A model generated the notes under the pieces. That model was not told the DNA's origin, did not search any database, and saw only the letters and a program-made list of their open reading frames with translations. A stretch of 32,000 nucleotides of DNA from Candidatus Omnitrophota bacterium (GTDB lineage: Bacteria; Omnitrophota; Gorgyraeia; 2-01-FULL-45-10). Below, one piece after another: positions 12,927 to 21,626 of the stretch (the stretch's first letter is position 1; each line of letters opens with the position of its first letter). The translations under genes and the position numbers were made by a program. Where the stretch lies: assembly GCA_023818895.1 (NCBI GenBank), contig JAMWCX010000003.1, positions 60,001-92,000 of the forward strand, in the 5' to 3' direction.

Positions 12927-14744
12927 TTAGTCCAGTTCGAATTCCTTAAGCCAATCTATATCTTTATCTAGCTTTTTCTGCGTTTTCTTCTCAAGAAGAC
13001 AGTTTCCCATTATCAAATAGTCCATATTGGTCCTCATGAAACACATGTAGGCATGCTCAGGGCTCTCAACTATAGGCTCACCCCTTACATTGAAGGAGGT
13101 GTTTATTATAACAGGACAACCGTATTTTTCGTCAAATTTTTTTATCATGTCATAATAAAGAGGGTTCCATCTCCGGCCAACTGTCTGAACGCGCGCCGAA
13201 TAGTCCACATGCGTAACGGCCGGTATTTCCGAACGTACCACATTCAGTTTATCGATACCGAAGAGGTTATTATCCCGCTCTGAAACTGCTTTACGCTTTT
13301 CCTTTTTAACAGGCGCCACCAATAGCATGTAATCACTCTTCGTCTCAAGGTCGAAATAATCCTTGGCCTTCTCCTCAAGGACCGATGGCGCGAAGGGCCT
13401 GAAACTTTCTCTGAATTTTATCTTTAGGTTCATCGTCTCCTGCATTTTCGGAGAACGCGCGTCGCCGATTATGCTGCGGGCGCCTAAGGCCCGGGGCCCG
13501 AATTCCATCCTCCCCTCAAACCAGCCTATGACCTTCTGCTGGGCTATAAGGTCTGCTATGGTCTCGGGTATTTCTTCATCCTTAAGTTTTGTGTAAGACG
13601 CTCCGCGGCTTTTAAGAAATTCTTCTATATAATCGTTTCCGTATGAAGTACCTAAAAGAGAGGCTTTCTGAAAATCATTAACATCATCGGCCATCCTGGG
13701 ATTTTCCAAATATTGATACCACGTAAAAAGCGCGGCCCCAAGGGCAGCGCCCGCATCGCCAGCGGCGGGCTGAATCCACACATCCTTAAAAGGCGTCTCC
13801 CGCAGTATACGGCCATTCCCGACGCAGTTCAGCGCTACTCCGCCCGCCAGAGTAAGATACTTCTTCCCTGTCACTTCATGGGCGTATCTGGCCATGGCAA
13901 GCATCACTTCTTCGGTGACATTCTGTATAGAAGCGGCGAGATCCATGTCACGCTGCGTTATTCGCGATTCTGGTTTTCTCGGCGGCCCACCAAACAGCTT
14001 ATGGAATTTAGCGTTCGTCATGGTGAGCCCGGCGCAGTAATTGAAGTACTTCATGTTCAACTTGAAGGAGCCGTCCTTCTTAAGGTCGATGAGCTCGCGC
14101 ATTATCAGATCCTTATATAGTGGCCTGCCGTAAGGCGCCAGCCCCATGACTTTATACTCGCCTGAATTTACTTTAAAACCCGTATAATATGTAAATGCCG
14201 AATATAGAAGACCGAGAGAATGCGGAAATTTTATATCGGCCTTAATAGACATAGAATTGCCTTCGCCGATGCCGAGACTAGCCGTCGTCCACTCGCCCAC
14301 GCCATCCATAGTCAAGATAGCCGCTTCCTTGTAAGGCGAAGGGAAGAACGCGCTTGAGGCGTGTGACTCGTGGTGTTCGGGAAATATTATCTTACCGCTG
14401 TATCCGAGCTCCTTTTTAATGAGATCCTTCATCCAGAGCTTCTTTTTTATCCACAGCGGGATGGCCTTTATGAAACTCCTTATCCCGAAAGGGGCGTAAG
14501 CAATGTATGTTTCAAGTATGCGCTCAAACTTGATGAACGGCTTATCGTAGAAAGCGACGTAGTCGATATCCTTTACCTTTATACCGGCTTGCGAAAGACA
14601 GAATCTTATGGAGTTGGCGGGGAACGTGTAGTCGTGCTTTTTCCTGGTAAAGCGCTCTTCCTGCGCAGCGGCTACTATATCGCCGTCTTTAATCAGCGCG
14701 GCCGCTGAATCGTGATAGAAACACGAGATTCCCAATATGTACAT
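12927..14744 (-). CDS. carbamoyltransferase (NodU/CmcH/SxtI family)
   Basis: 605 aa. The N-terminus MYILGISCFYHDSAAALIKDG (ASKHA/Kae1-like) plus a C-terminal YrdC-like carbamoyltransferase domain (VINTSFNVRGEPIV) fit this family. Confidence 0.85.
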   Translation of the reverse strand: MYILGISCFYHDSAAALIKDGDIVAAAQEERFTRKKHDYTFPANSIRFCLSQAGIKVKDIDYVAFYDKPFIKFERILETYIAYAPFGIRSFIKAIPLWIKKKLWMKDLIKKELGYSGKIIFPEHHESHASSAFFPSPYKEAAILTMDGVGEWTTASLGIGEGNSMSIKADIKFPHSLGLLYSAFTYYTGFKVNSGEYKVMGLAPYGRPLYKDLIMRELIDLKKDGSFKLNMKYFNYCAGLTMTNAKFHKLFGGPPRKPESRITQRDMDLAASIQNVTEEVMLAMARYAHEVTGKKYLTLAGGVALNCVGNGRILRETPFKDVWIQPAAGDAGAALGAALFTWYQYLENPRMADDVNDFQKASLLGTSYGNDYIEEFLKSRGASYTKLKDEEIPETIADLIAQQKVIGWFEGRMEFGPRALGARSIIGDARSPKMQETMNLKIKFRESFRPFAPSVLEEKAKDYFDLETKSDYMLLVAPVKKEKRKAVSERDNNLFGIDKLNVVRSEIPAVTHVDYSARVQTVGRRWNPLYYDMIKKFDEKYGCPVIINTSFNVRGEPIVESPEHAYMCFMRTNMDYLIMGNCLLEKKTQKKLDKDIDWLKEFELD

Positions 14745-14745
14745 T

Positions 14746-15060
14746 TTACAAAGCCGCCTTTATCTTAACCTCTATAGCCTCTTTGGAATTAACGCCTATT
14801 ATGCGCAACACTTCCTCACCATTCTTGAATAGAACCAGCGTCGGGATATTAAGTATAGAAAGATCGGTAGCCACCTCAGGGCTTTCGTCAACATCGCATT
14901 TGCATACCTTCACCTTCTGCCCCATCTCCTCATCAATCTTTTCCACCGCCGGCGCTATTATCTTGCAAGGCATGCACCACGGCGCCCAGAAATCGATGAG
15001 CACCGGCCTATCTGACTCCAAGACCTCTTTATTAAAATTGGCCTGTGTTATCTCAAGCAT
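14746..15060 (-). CDS. trxA: thioredoxin with non-canonical WCMPC active site
   Basis: 104 aa. VLIDFWAPWCMPCK and IPTLVLFKNGE. The start overlaps the rnfB stop by 8 nt. Confidence 0.9.
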   Translation of the reverse strand: MLEITQANFNKEVLESDRPVLIDFWAPWCMPCKIIAPAVEKIDEEMGQKVKVCKCDVDESPEVATDLSILNIPTLVLFKNGEEVLRIIGVNSKEAIEVKIKAAL

Positions 15061-15868
15061 TTGGCAACCCTCTCCTTGTTATGACTTTGGTTGGACACGC
15101 TTCAAAGCACTTGCCAAGATTCTGACATTTGGCGGGATCTATCCTGGCAAGATTCGATTCGACTTTAATCGCCCCTGCGGGGCAGGCCTTTTCGCACTTC
15201 ATACATCCTATACAGCCGGCCTTACAGGCCTTGGCAGTAATACCGCCTGGGTCTTTCGAACTGCACTTAACGTAATATCTGCATAAGGTGTCAAGAAGCA
15301 CGAACAAACCCTTCGGGCACGCTTTGACGCACTTGCCACAGGAGGTGCATTTTCCCTCATCCACTACCGGAAGACCGTCCGGTCCCATCGATATGGCGCC
15401 AAAGGGACAGGCCTCGACGCAGTCTCCGAAACCGAGACAACCAAAAGTGCACGCCTTATGCCCCGCAAAGATAAGCGTAGCGGCCTTGCAGGTTCTTATC
15501 CCCTGGTACTCGAACTTATTTAAAGCCCTTTGACCACCGTTGCAAAGAACGACCGCTGAAGTTTTTACCTTCCCGGCGTCCTCTATCCCTAGAAGACGCG
15601 CGATCTTCTTTCTGGCCTCACTATCACTTACTGTACACGCCGAAGGCATAGCCTCTCCTTTTGCCAGAATCTCAGCGAATGCGGCGCAGCCGGCGCTACC
15701 GCAGGCGCCGCAATTCACACCCGGAAGAAGCGAAAGGATATTTAGAATAGTGGGATCAACCTTAATAGCAAATATCTTCAGCGCTAAAGCGAGCGCGCAG
15801 CCAAAGGCCAGCCCCAAGGCAGCCATCGTCACTACCGGCGTCATAACCTTAATTGCTATCGCGCTCAT
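15053..15868 (-). CDS. rnfB: Rnf complex subunit B (polyferredoxin)
   Basis: 271 aa. An N-terminal TM helix plus several CxxCxxCxxxCP clusters. Confidence 0.9.
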   Translation of the reverse strand: MSAIAIKVMTPVVTMAALGLAFGCALALALKIFAIKVDPTILNILSLLPGVNCGACGSAGCAAFAEILAKGEAMPSACTVSDSEARKKIARLLGIEDAGKVKTSAVVLCNGGQRALNKFEYQGIRTCKAATLIFAGHKACTFGCLGFGDCVEACPFGAISMGPDGLPVVDEGKCTSCGKCVKACPKGLFVLLDTLCRYYVKCSSKDPGGITAKACKAGCIGCMKCEKACPAGAIKVESNLARIDPAKCQNLGKCFEACPTKVITRRGLPNA

Positions 15869-15920
15869 CTTTATTTCTTCCCCTGCGCTGCCTGCGCCTT
15901 GGAGCGCTTATTATCTCTGT

Positions 15921-16529
15921 TCATATCTTGAATCCGCTGAATCCTAAAAAGGCCAGAGACATCAGACTTGCCACGATGAATGTTATAGGTGCGTCTTTCA
16001 AGCAAGCCGGTATTTCGGCAAATTCAAGCCTCTCCCTTATGCCGGACATTAGAACCATCGCAAGAGTAAATCCTACGCCGGCGCCAAAGCCCTGGAAGAC
16101 AGACAATAGGAAACTGCCGGCAACGGCCTTCCCTTTCATGAAGAACATATCCGTGTTTAAGACCGCCACGCCGAGCACTGCGCAATTAGTCGTGATAAGA
16201 GTCAAGTATATACCGAACGCTTTATAAATGGCGGGCATATTTTTCTGAATTACGATTTCCGCGAACTGCACAAAAAAGGCTATGACAAGTATGAAACTTA
16301 TAGTGCGAAGATACTCCAGGTGGAAAGGTATAAGCACCAGATCGTATATAAGCCATGTCAGGATTGAGGCGGTCGTGGTAACGAAAGTCACTGCAAGCCC
16401 CATCGAGATCGCCGGGCCTGTACGTTTAGAAACCCCTATGAACGGGCAAAGCCCCAAGAAGCGCGACAGGATGAAATTATTTATAAATATCGTGCTAATC
16501 GCTATAGCAATAAATGCCGATAAGTTCAT
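15921..16529 (-). CDS. rnfA: Rnf complex subunit A
   Basis: 202 aa polytopic membrane protein with FLGLCPF.GVS typical of RnfA/NqrE. Confidence 0.92.
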   Translation of the reverse strand: MNLSAFIAIAISTIFINNFILSRFLGLCPFIGVSKRTGPAISMGLAVTFVTTTASILTWLIYDLVLIPFHLEYLRTISFILVIAFFVQFAEIVIQKNMPAIYKAFGIYLTLITTNCAVLGVAVLNTDMFFMKGKAVAGSFLLSVFQGFGAGVGFTLAMVLMSGIRERLEFAEIPACLKDAPITFIVASLMSLAFLGFSGFKI

Positions 16530-16533
16530 TCAC

Positions 16534-17130
16534 TCAAGCCTTTTGTTTTGATGCCAAATAGTTTATAAGTCCTATCAACAATCCGATGGTAAGCAACGCT
16601 CCGGGAGCGAGTATCATAAAAAGGGGCGGCTCAAACCTGTCGCTTATCTGCAGCCCTAGGATAGTGCCATTTCCTAAAATTTCTCTTATAGCGGAAATAA
16701 AACACAATGCCCATGTAAATCCTAGCCCCATACCGATAGCATCTATGGTGGAACTGATGACACCTTTCTTGGACGCAAATGCCTCCGCACGGCCGAGAAC
16801 TATGCAGTTAACGACTATGAGAGGGACATATATACCTAAGGCCCTTGACAATAGCGGCGTATACGCCTTCATGAGGAGCTCTGTTATCGTCACGAATGTC
16901 GCGATGATAACGATAAAACAAGGTATGCGGACTTTTTCAGGTATTACGCCGCGTACCGTAGAGACCATCGCGCTGGAGCCCGCAAGAACAAATGTGGCGG
17001 CTAATCCCATGCCAAGTCCGTTAGCGACGCTGGTGGAAACCGCAAGCGTCGGACAGAGGCCGAGCATCATTCTGAATGTAGGATTCTCCCTCCATAGACC
17101 TTTTATGAGCTCACTGAGGCTGCCTCGCAT
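16534..17130 (-). CDS. rnfE: Rnf complex subunit E
   Basis: 198 aa. NPTFRMMLGLCPTLAV is typical of RnfE/NqrD. Confidence 0.92.
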   Translation of the reverse strand: MRGSLSELIKGLWRENPTFRMMLGLCPTLAVSTSVANGLGMGLAATFVLAGSSAMVSTVRGVIPEKVRIPCFIVIIATFVTITELLMKAYTPLLSRALGIYVPLIVVNCIVLGRAEAFASKKGVISSTIDAIGMGLGFTWALCFISAIREILGNGTILGLQISDRFEPPLFMILAPGALLTIGLLIGLINYLASKQKA

Positions 17131-17132
17131 CT

Positions 17133-17675
17133 TTACCTCTTTACTTTATTAAAAAATTCTGTTGCGGTCTTGCTTATGGCGTCTGTTACAGCCCTCGACG
17201 ATATCGTCGCGCCGGTTATGGCGTCTATATCTTTCTTCACAGAAACGGTCCTCGCCTGTTTACCCTTGAATTGTTTAAGAAAATACGGCTCTGCCTCTCC
17301 CGGACGAGTCTCGTTTATCTTAGATCCGAGCCCGGGGGTTTCCTGGTGCTCAAGAACTCTTACGCCTTTTATAATACCTGATCTGTCCATACCAACTATC
17401 ATGCGTATATATCCGCCATAGCCGAAGCCTGTGACCTTTACGCAGTAACCTACCAGTTCAGCTCCTTTTCTGGCCTCAAAGTACTCTATATCATCCAGAG
17501 TCTTAGCATCGAAGGAATCAGCGTCCGGCATTATCCTCTTGAGGGCGGATTGCACCTCTAGTCTCATCTGCTCATCTATTTTCGGCTTCGTTATCTCATA
17601 TGTGACAGCGAGAACAAGCGTAGCGATAAGACAAATGACTCCCAGTATAAGGCCAAATTTAACAAGTTGGTTCAA
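17133..17675 (-). CDS. rnfG: Rnf complex subunit G (FMN-binding)
   Basis: TM anchor plus an FMN_bind motif (ETPGLG, and ITGATISS carrying the flavinylated Thr). I prefer the TTG start at 17675: AAGGAAGGTG lies 4 nt upstream and TTGA overlaps the rnfD stop. The track start at 17744 would overlap rnfD by 73 nt. Confidence 0.85.
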   Translation of the reverse strand: MNQLVKFGLILGVICLIATLVLAVTYEITKPKIDEQMRLEVQSALKRIMPDADSFDAKTLDDIEYFEARKGAELVGYCVKVTGFGYGGYIRMIVGMDRSGIIKGVRVLEHQETPGLGSKINETRPGEAEPYFLKQFKGKQARTVSVKKDIDAITGATISSRAVTDAISKTATEFFNKVKR

Positions 17676-18682
17676 GCCGCACCTTCCTTTTTCCTCTTTT
17701 CGCGCGTTTTTAGTGGACGTTGCGACGAGACATAACCGAACCATTTCGGGAGCGCATAACGGTCTATGAGGGGTGTCGCCGCATTCATCATTAGTATAGA
17801 ATATGAGACTCCTTCAGGATACCCGGCGAACTTGCGTATCAAAAACGTAAGTACTCCGCATCCGATACCGAATATAACTTTTCCTCGGGCGCTTAATGGG
17901 CTTGTCACATAATCGGTCGCCATAAAGAAAGCCCCAAGTATTAGCCCTCCGCCCAATACAAAGAAAAGAGCGTCGCCGGAAAAAAGACCTGATGTGCCGT
18001 TAAATGCCCAACTCATAAAAGCCACCACCCCGATATATGTCAGGGGGATATGCCATGTGATATAACGTCTTATTAGAAGATAGGCCGCTCCGATTATGAG
18101 AGCGGCTACGCAGACCTCACCAATACATCCGCCGCGATTTCCTATGAAAAGATCCCAGTTTGAAGGACACTTAGCCAGCACGCCCTCCAAGTTCTTATAA
18201 CAGGCGAGCGGAGTTGCGCCAGTAACGGTGTCCGGTGCCCAGCGTGGTTTCTGCCAGGTGGTCATGTAGACCGGCCACGATATCATAAGAAACGCCCTAC
18301 CGGCAAGCGCGGGATTAAATATATTATGACCGAGTCCTCCAAACACTTGCTTGCCAAACGCGATCGCGAAGATCGAACCCGCTATCGGCATCCATAAAGG
18401 GACCTGTGGAGGAAGATTGTAGGCTAAAAGTAAACCGGTCAATACGGCGCTGCCATCCCACACCGCCGAGGTATCCTTCTTTCGGGCGGAAAGTATCACA
18501 AACTCAGTAGCAAGCGCAGCAGCGACTGCGGCGACCGTCACCAAAAGGGCGTTCAGGCCAAATATGAAGACGCCCGCCATGCCGGCGGGAAGAAGCGAAA
18601 TTGTCACCGCCCACATTATCTTTTTGGTAGTCAAGCTGTCCTTTATATGAGGACCTATGGATACTGTCAATGATTCGGCCAT
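17672..18682 (-). CDS. rnfD: Rnf complex subunit D
   Basis: 336 aa polytopic protein with FNPALAGRAF and MATDYVTSP, typical of RnfD/NqrB. Confidence 0.93.
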   Translation of the reverse strand: MAESLTVSIGPHIKDSLTTKKIMWAVTISLLPAGMAGVFIFGLNALLVTVAAVAAALATEFVILSARKKDTSAVWDGSAVLTGLLLAYNLPPQVPLWMPIAGSIFAIAFGKQVFGGLGHNIFNPALAGRAFLMISWPVYMTTWQKPRWAPDTVTGATPLACYKNLEGVLAKCPSNWDLFIGNRGGCIGEVCVAALIIGAAYLLIRRYITWHIPLTYIGVVAFMSWAFNGTSGLFSGDALFFVLGGGLILGAFFMATDYVTSPLSARGKVIFGIGCGVLTFLIRKFAGYPEGVSYSILMMNAATPLIDRYALPKWFGYVSSQRPLKTREKRKKEGAA

Positions 18683-18689
18683 TATGTCC

Positions 18690-20033
18690 CTAAAAGCTTA
18701 TAACCTTTGATTTTCCGTATTTCATATAATCAAGAAGAGGTATCTTTGCCGGGCACGCGTAAGCGCAGGCACCGCATTCATAACAGTTGGTTATGCCAAG
18801 CTCCTTTGCCTCGGCGAAATTATCCTTCTTAACCCGGTACATAAGAACTGTTGGAACAAGCCTCATAGGACAGGCCTCAACGCAGCGGCCGCATCTTATG
18901 CAAACGGATTCTTGCTCAATATTAACCGACTCCTTCGGCATAAACAAGGCGCCGCTGAATCCCTTGGTAACCGGGATATTCATAGTATACTGCGCCACTC
19001 CCATCATCGGCCCACCTACCACGACCTTGGCCGGTTCTTTTATAAAACCTCCAACATATTCGATAAGGTCTGGAAGCATCGTCCCTATCCTAACCCACAC
19101 ATTTATCGGCTCTCTCATGCATTCGCCGGTAAGAGTGACTATCCTCTCAATAAGCGGTTTACTGAAATTGACCGCCTCATATATAGCGAATGCGGTAGCA
19201 ACGTTCTGAACGATACATCCTACATCCATCGGAAGACCGCCTGAAGGCACTTCGCGATTAAGTATCGCCTTTATAACCTGTTTCTCCGCGCCTTGGGGAT
19301 ATTTGGTTCGCAATGCCACTACTTTTATCTTGGGCTGGAGTTTCGCAATCTTCGGCGGGGTTCTCTCTGCACGAGCTCTTAAGGCTTTCTCCATGACATA
19401 TATGGCCGGCTGCTTATTATCCTCTATGGCGATATATCCCTCTTTAGCACCCACTATTTTAAGTATAATGTCCAACCCCTTAAGTATCTGGTTAGTCTTC
19501 TCGATCATAAGACGGGCGTCACAGGCAAGATAGGGCTCACATTCAACGCCGTTCAGTATCACAGCATCTATGGGCTTATTTTTCGGGGGAGATAGCTTGA
19601 CGTGGGTGGGAAACACCGCCCCGCCCATGCCCACTATGCCCGCCTCCTTTATGACAGCCACCAGCTCTTCCGGAGACATAGCGTTTACGTCGCGCGGCGG
19701 TCGGCTCTCCCACTCCTGATTCAATCCCTCCTCTCGCTCGATAACTATAGATAAGGCTCTCGGCTGAATCCTTGTCGGAGAGTGTATCGTCCTCATAACC
19801 TTGCCGCTTATAGAAGCGTGTATTGACGCTGAGACGTAACCTGTCGGCCTTGCTATAACATCACCCACCCGCACGATAGTCCCCGGCGCCACAACAGGTT
19901 CGGCAGGTGAACCAGTATGCTGAAGGACGGGTATTATTACCTTCTTAGGTATTAAAGCCTTTTTAGCAGGCCTGTCCGATGCGAGGGTTTTGTGGACAGA
20001 AGGGTGTATCCCACCGTGAAATCCGTAATGCAT
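18690..20033 (-). CDS. rnfC: Rnf complex subunit C
   Basis: FHGGIHP N-terminus, an NADH/FMN-binding core, and two C-terminal CxxCxxCxxxCP motifs. The track start at 20051 is a TTG lying inside the -10 box, so I prefer the ATG at 20033 (MHYGFHGGIHP). Confidence 0.93.
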   Translation of the reverse strand: MHYGFHGGIHPSVHKTLASDRPAKKALIPKKVIIPVLQHTGSPAEPVVAPGTIVRVGDVIARPTGYVSASIHASISGKVMRTIHSPTRIQPRALSIVIEREEGLNQEWESRPPRDVNAMSPEELVAVIKEAGIVGMGGAVFPTHVKLSPPKNKPIDAVILNGVECEPYLACDARLMIEKTNQILKGLDIILKIVGAKEGYIAIEDNKQPAIYVMEKALRARAERTPPKIAKLQPKIKVVALRTKYPQGAEKQVIKAILNREVPSGGLPMDVGCIVQNVATAFAIYEAVNFSKPLIERIVTLTGECMREPINVWVRIGTMLPDLIEYVGGFIKEPAKVVVGGPMMGVAQYTMNIPVTKGFSGALFMPKESVNIEQESVCIRCGRCVEACPMRLVPTVLMYRVKKDNFAEAKELGITNCYECGACAYACPAKIPLLDYMKYGKSKVISF

Positions 20034-20042
20034 AGTGCGATT

Positions 20043-20070
20043 ATTATACAATATTGTTTTAATTTGTCAA
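20043..20070 (-). promoter_or_regulatory. near-consensus sigma70 promoter of the rnf array
   Basis: On the minus strand: TTGACA (20070-20065), a 16-nt spacer, then TATAAT (20048-20043). Only 9 nt separate the -10 box from the rnfC ATG. Confidence 0.7.
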
Positions 20071-20142
20071 CAAAGGGCCTTTAATCAAAGGCGGCCATAT
20101 CGTCCAATAATTTTTGGCTTCTCCTGAACCTTCAATACTATA

Positions 20143-20171
20143 TTGACATTTCGAACGGCTTGATGTATTTT
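20143..20171 (+). promoter_or_regulatory. sigma70-like promoter of the Cys-rich mini-protein gene
   Basis: TTGACA (20143-20148), a 17-nt spacer, then TATTTT (20166-20171). Confidence 0.6.
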
Positions 20172-20191
20172 ATAGTGTGGAAGGAGAAAAA

Positions 20192-20362
20192 ATGGCCCAA
20201 CCTAAGATCAATTGTTGCGAGACGTGCCAGGTATACTGGACATGCGAGACGAAGTGGTATAGAGGGGAAAAGGGCGAAGAAAATATCTGTTGCCCAGTCT
20301 GTAATTACTATAAGACATGCCTCGAGAAATCAAAAAAAGAGGGTAGCTCTAAGACGAGGTAA
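20192..20362 (+). CDS. 56-aa cysteine-rich protein with duplicated CC-x2-C-x5-C motif (function unknown)
   Basis: MAQPKINCCETCQVYWTCETKWYRGEKGEENICCPVCNYYKTCLEKSKKEGSSKTR. A strong AAGGAG ribosome-binding site lies 5 nt upstream of the ATG at 20192, and the gene has its own promoter. The track's GTG start at 20177 would lie upstream of that ribosome-binding site. Confidence 0.6.
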   Translation: MAQPKINCCETCQVYWTCETKWYRGEKGEENICCPVCNYYKTCLEKSKKEGSSKTR

Positions 20363-21620
20363 CAAAGGTTTTCTTTCCTGATAGCATAGCTGTGATACCA
20401 CAGAGCGAAAAAGCTGCCCCTACCGCCATCAGTACCCAAAATCTTCCAACGAATTTAGCTGCGTAAGCGGCCAGGAACATAAAAACTAAAAACGAAAGAT
20501 GTATTACCACCTCAAGGCTTGAAAATATCCTTCCCCTTACTTCCTCAGGTATCGTTTCGTGCACAATGGTATTAAGCGATACCATCATCGGACTTACAGC
20601 AAGTCCTATGAGAGCTGAGAGAAGCCCCGCCGTATAAACATTCGGGTAACCTCCAAGAAGTACCGTAAACGCTATAATAAAAAATCCGCTTGCAACGAAA
20701 CTTAAGTTGATGACGCTGGGCTTATCCAGCTTCTGACCAAGCCTGCCGTAAATAATAGTGCCGGCGAAGAGACCGCCTACAAGATATGTGGCTAAAAAAC
20801 CAATGTGTCTGGTCGATGTCCCAAACGCCTCTTGGATGAATACAATTATAACGCAAGATATAGCGCCTATGCCGGCCAGGAGAACAAAAAATACCTGAAC
20901 GATAAAACGCATACCCGGGTGGGACGTGATATATCTTATGCCATCTTTGATCTCCGAATAGAAAGATTTTCTAAGAGAATTTTTCAGCGCCTGGCTTGCG
21001 GCTACAAGCTCATTTTCAACATTGATTCCAGAGCCGGTCGAATGGACAATCATTCCGATAAGAGCCGCAGAGACGAAGAAGGTTGCGCTGTCGATATAGA
21101 AACCTCCGACGGCGCCTATATAGCGGATATTCACTATGAAGCCGGCGATCATCAGTCCTACGATATTTCCGATCATATGAGTCATGTCCTGAAGGGTATT
21201 TGCGATCAGCAGTTTATCTCTTGTGACAAGATCCGGGATTATAGCCATCTTGGAAGGTATGAAGAAACGTGATATGGAAAAGACGAGGAATATCACAAGA
21301 TATATCGGCAGCATTCTATTCCATACTATAAAGAGGGGGATCAGCAGGACCAGAAAGCCGCGCAGGATATCCGATATCACCATGATATATTTGCGGTTTA
21401 GCCGGTCAACCCATACGCCGGCTATTGGACCTATGACGAAGACAGGGATTATCGTAAACGATATAAGCTTTGCGAGGGCAACTTCCGAGCCGGGATCTCT
21501 CTGGTATACCAGGGCGACAAGCGCCATCTGATTAAGCCTATCGCCGAAATTTGATATAAGTTGCCCTAGCCAGAGGAATAGGAAGTTGCGGTCCTTCAAT
21601 ACGTCACGGAAACGTATCAT
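20349..21620 (-). CDS. MFS transporter
   Basis: 423 aa with about 12 TM helices. The N-terminus RNFLFLWLGQLISNFGDRL is typical of MFS (EntS/MFS_3-like) exporters. Confidence 0.85.
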   Translation of the reverse strand: MIRFRDVLKDRNFLFLWLGQLISNFGDRLNQMALVALVYQRDPGSEVALAKLISFTIIPVFVIGPIAGVWVDRLNRKYIMVISDILRGFLVLLIPLFIVWNRMLPIYLVIFLVFSISRFFIPSKMAIIPDLVTRDKLLIANTLQDMTHMIGNIVGLMIAGFIVNIRYIGAVGGFYIDSATFFVSAALIGMIVHSTGSGINVENELVAASQALKNSLRKSFYSEIKDGIRYITSHPGMRFIVQVFFVLLAGIGAISCVIIVFIQEAFGTSTRHIGFLATYLVGGLFAGTIIYGRLGQKLDKPSVINLSFVASGFFIIAFTVLLGGYPNVYTAGLLSALIGLAVSPMMVSLNTIVHETIPEEVRGRIFSSLEVVIHLSFLVFMFLAAYAAKFVGRFWVLMAVGAAFSLCGITAMLSGKKTFVTSS

Positions 21621-21626
21621 TCGATA

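Noticed and set aside
20160-20381. An alternative 73-aa ORF (MMYFIVWKEKKWPNLRS...) overlapping the Cys-rich gene in another frame.
   Set aside because: It has no ribosome-binding site and starts upstream of the likely transcription start. It is Arg-rich and low-complexity. The AAGGAG-N5-ATG signal and the ordered Cys pattern favour the 20192 frame.
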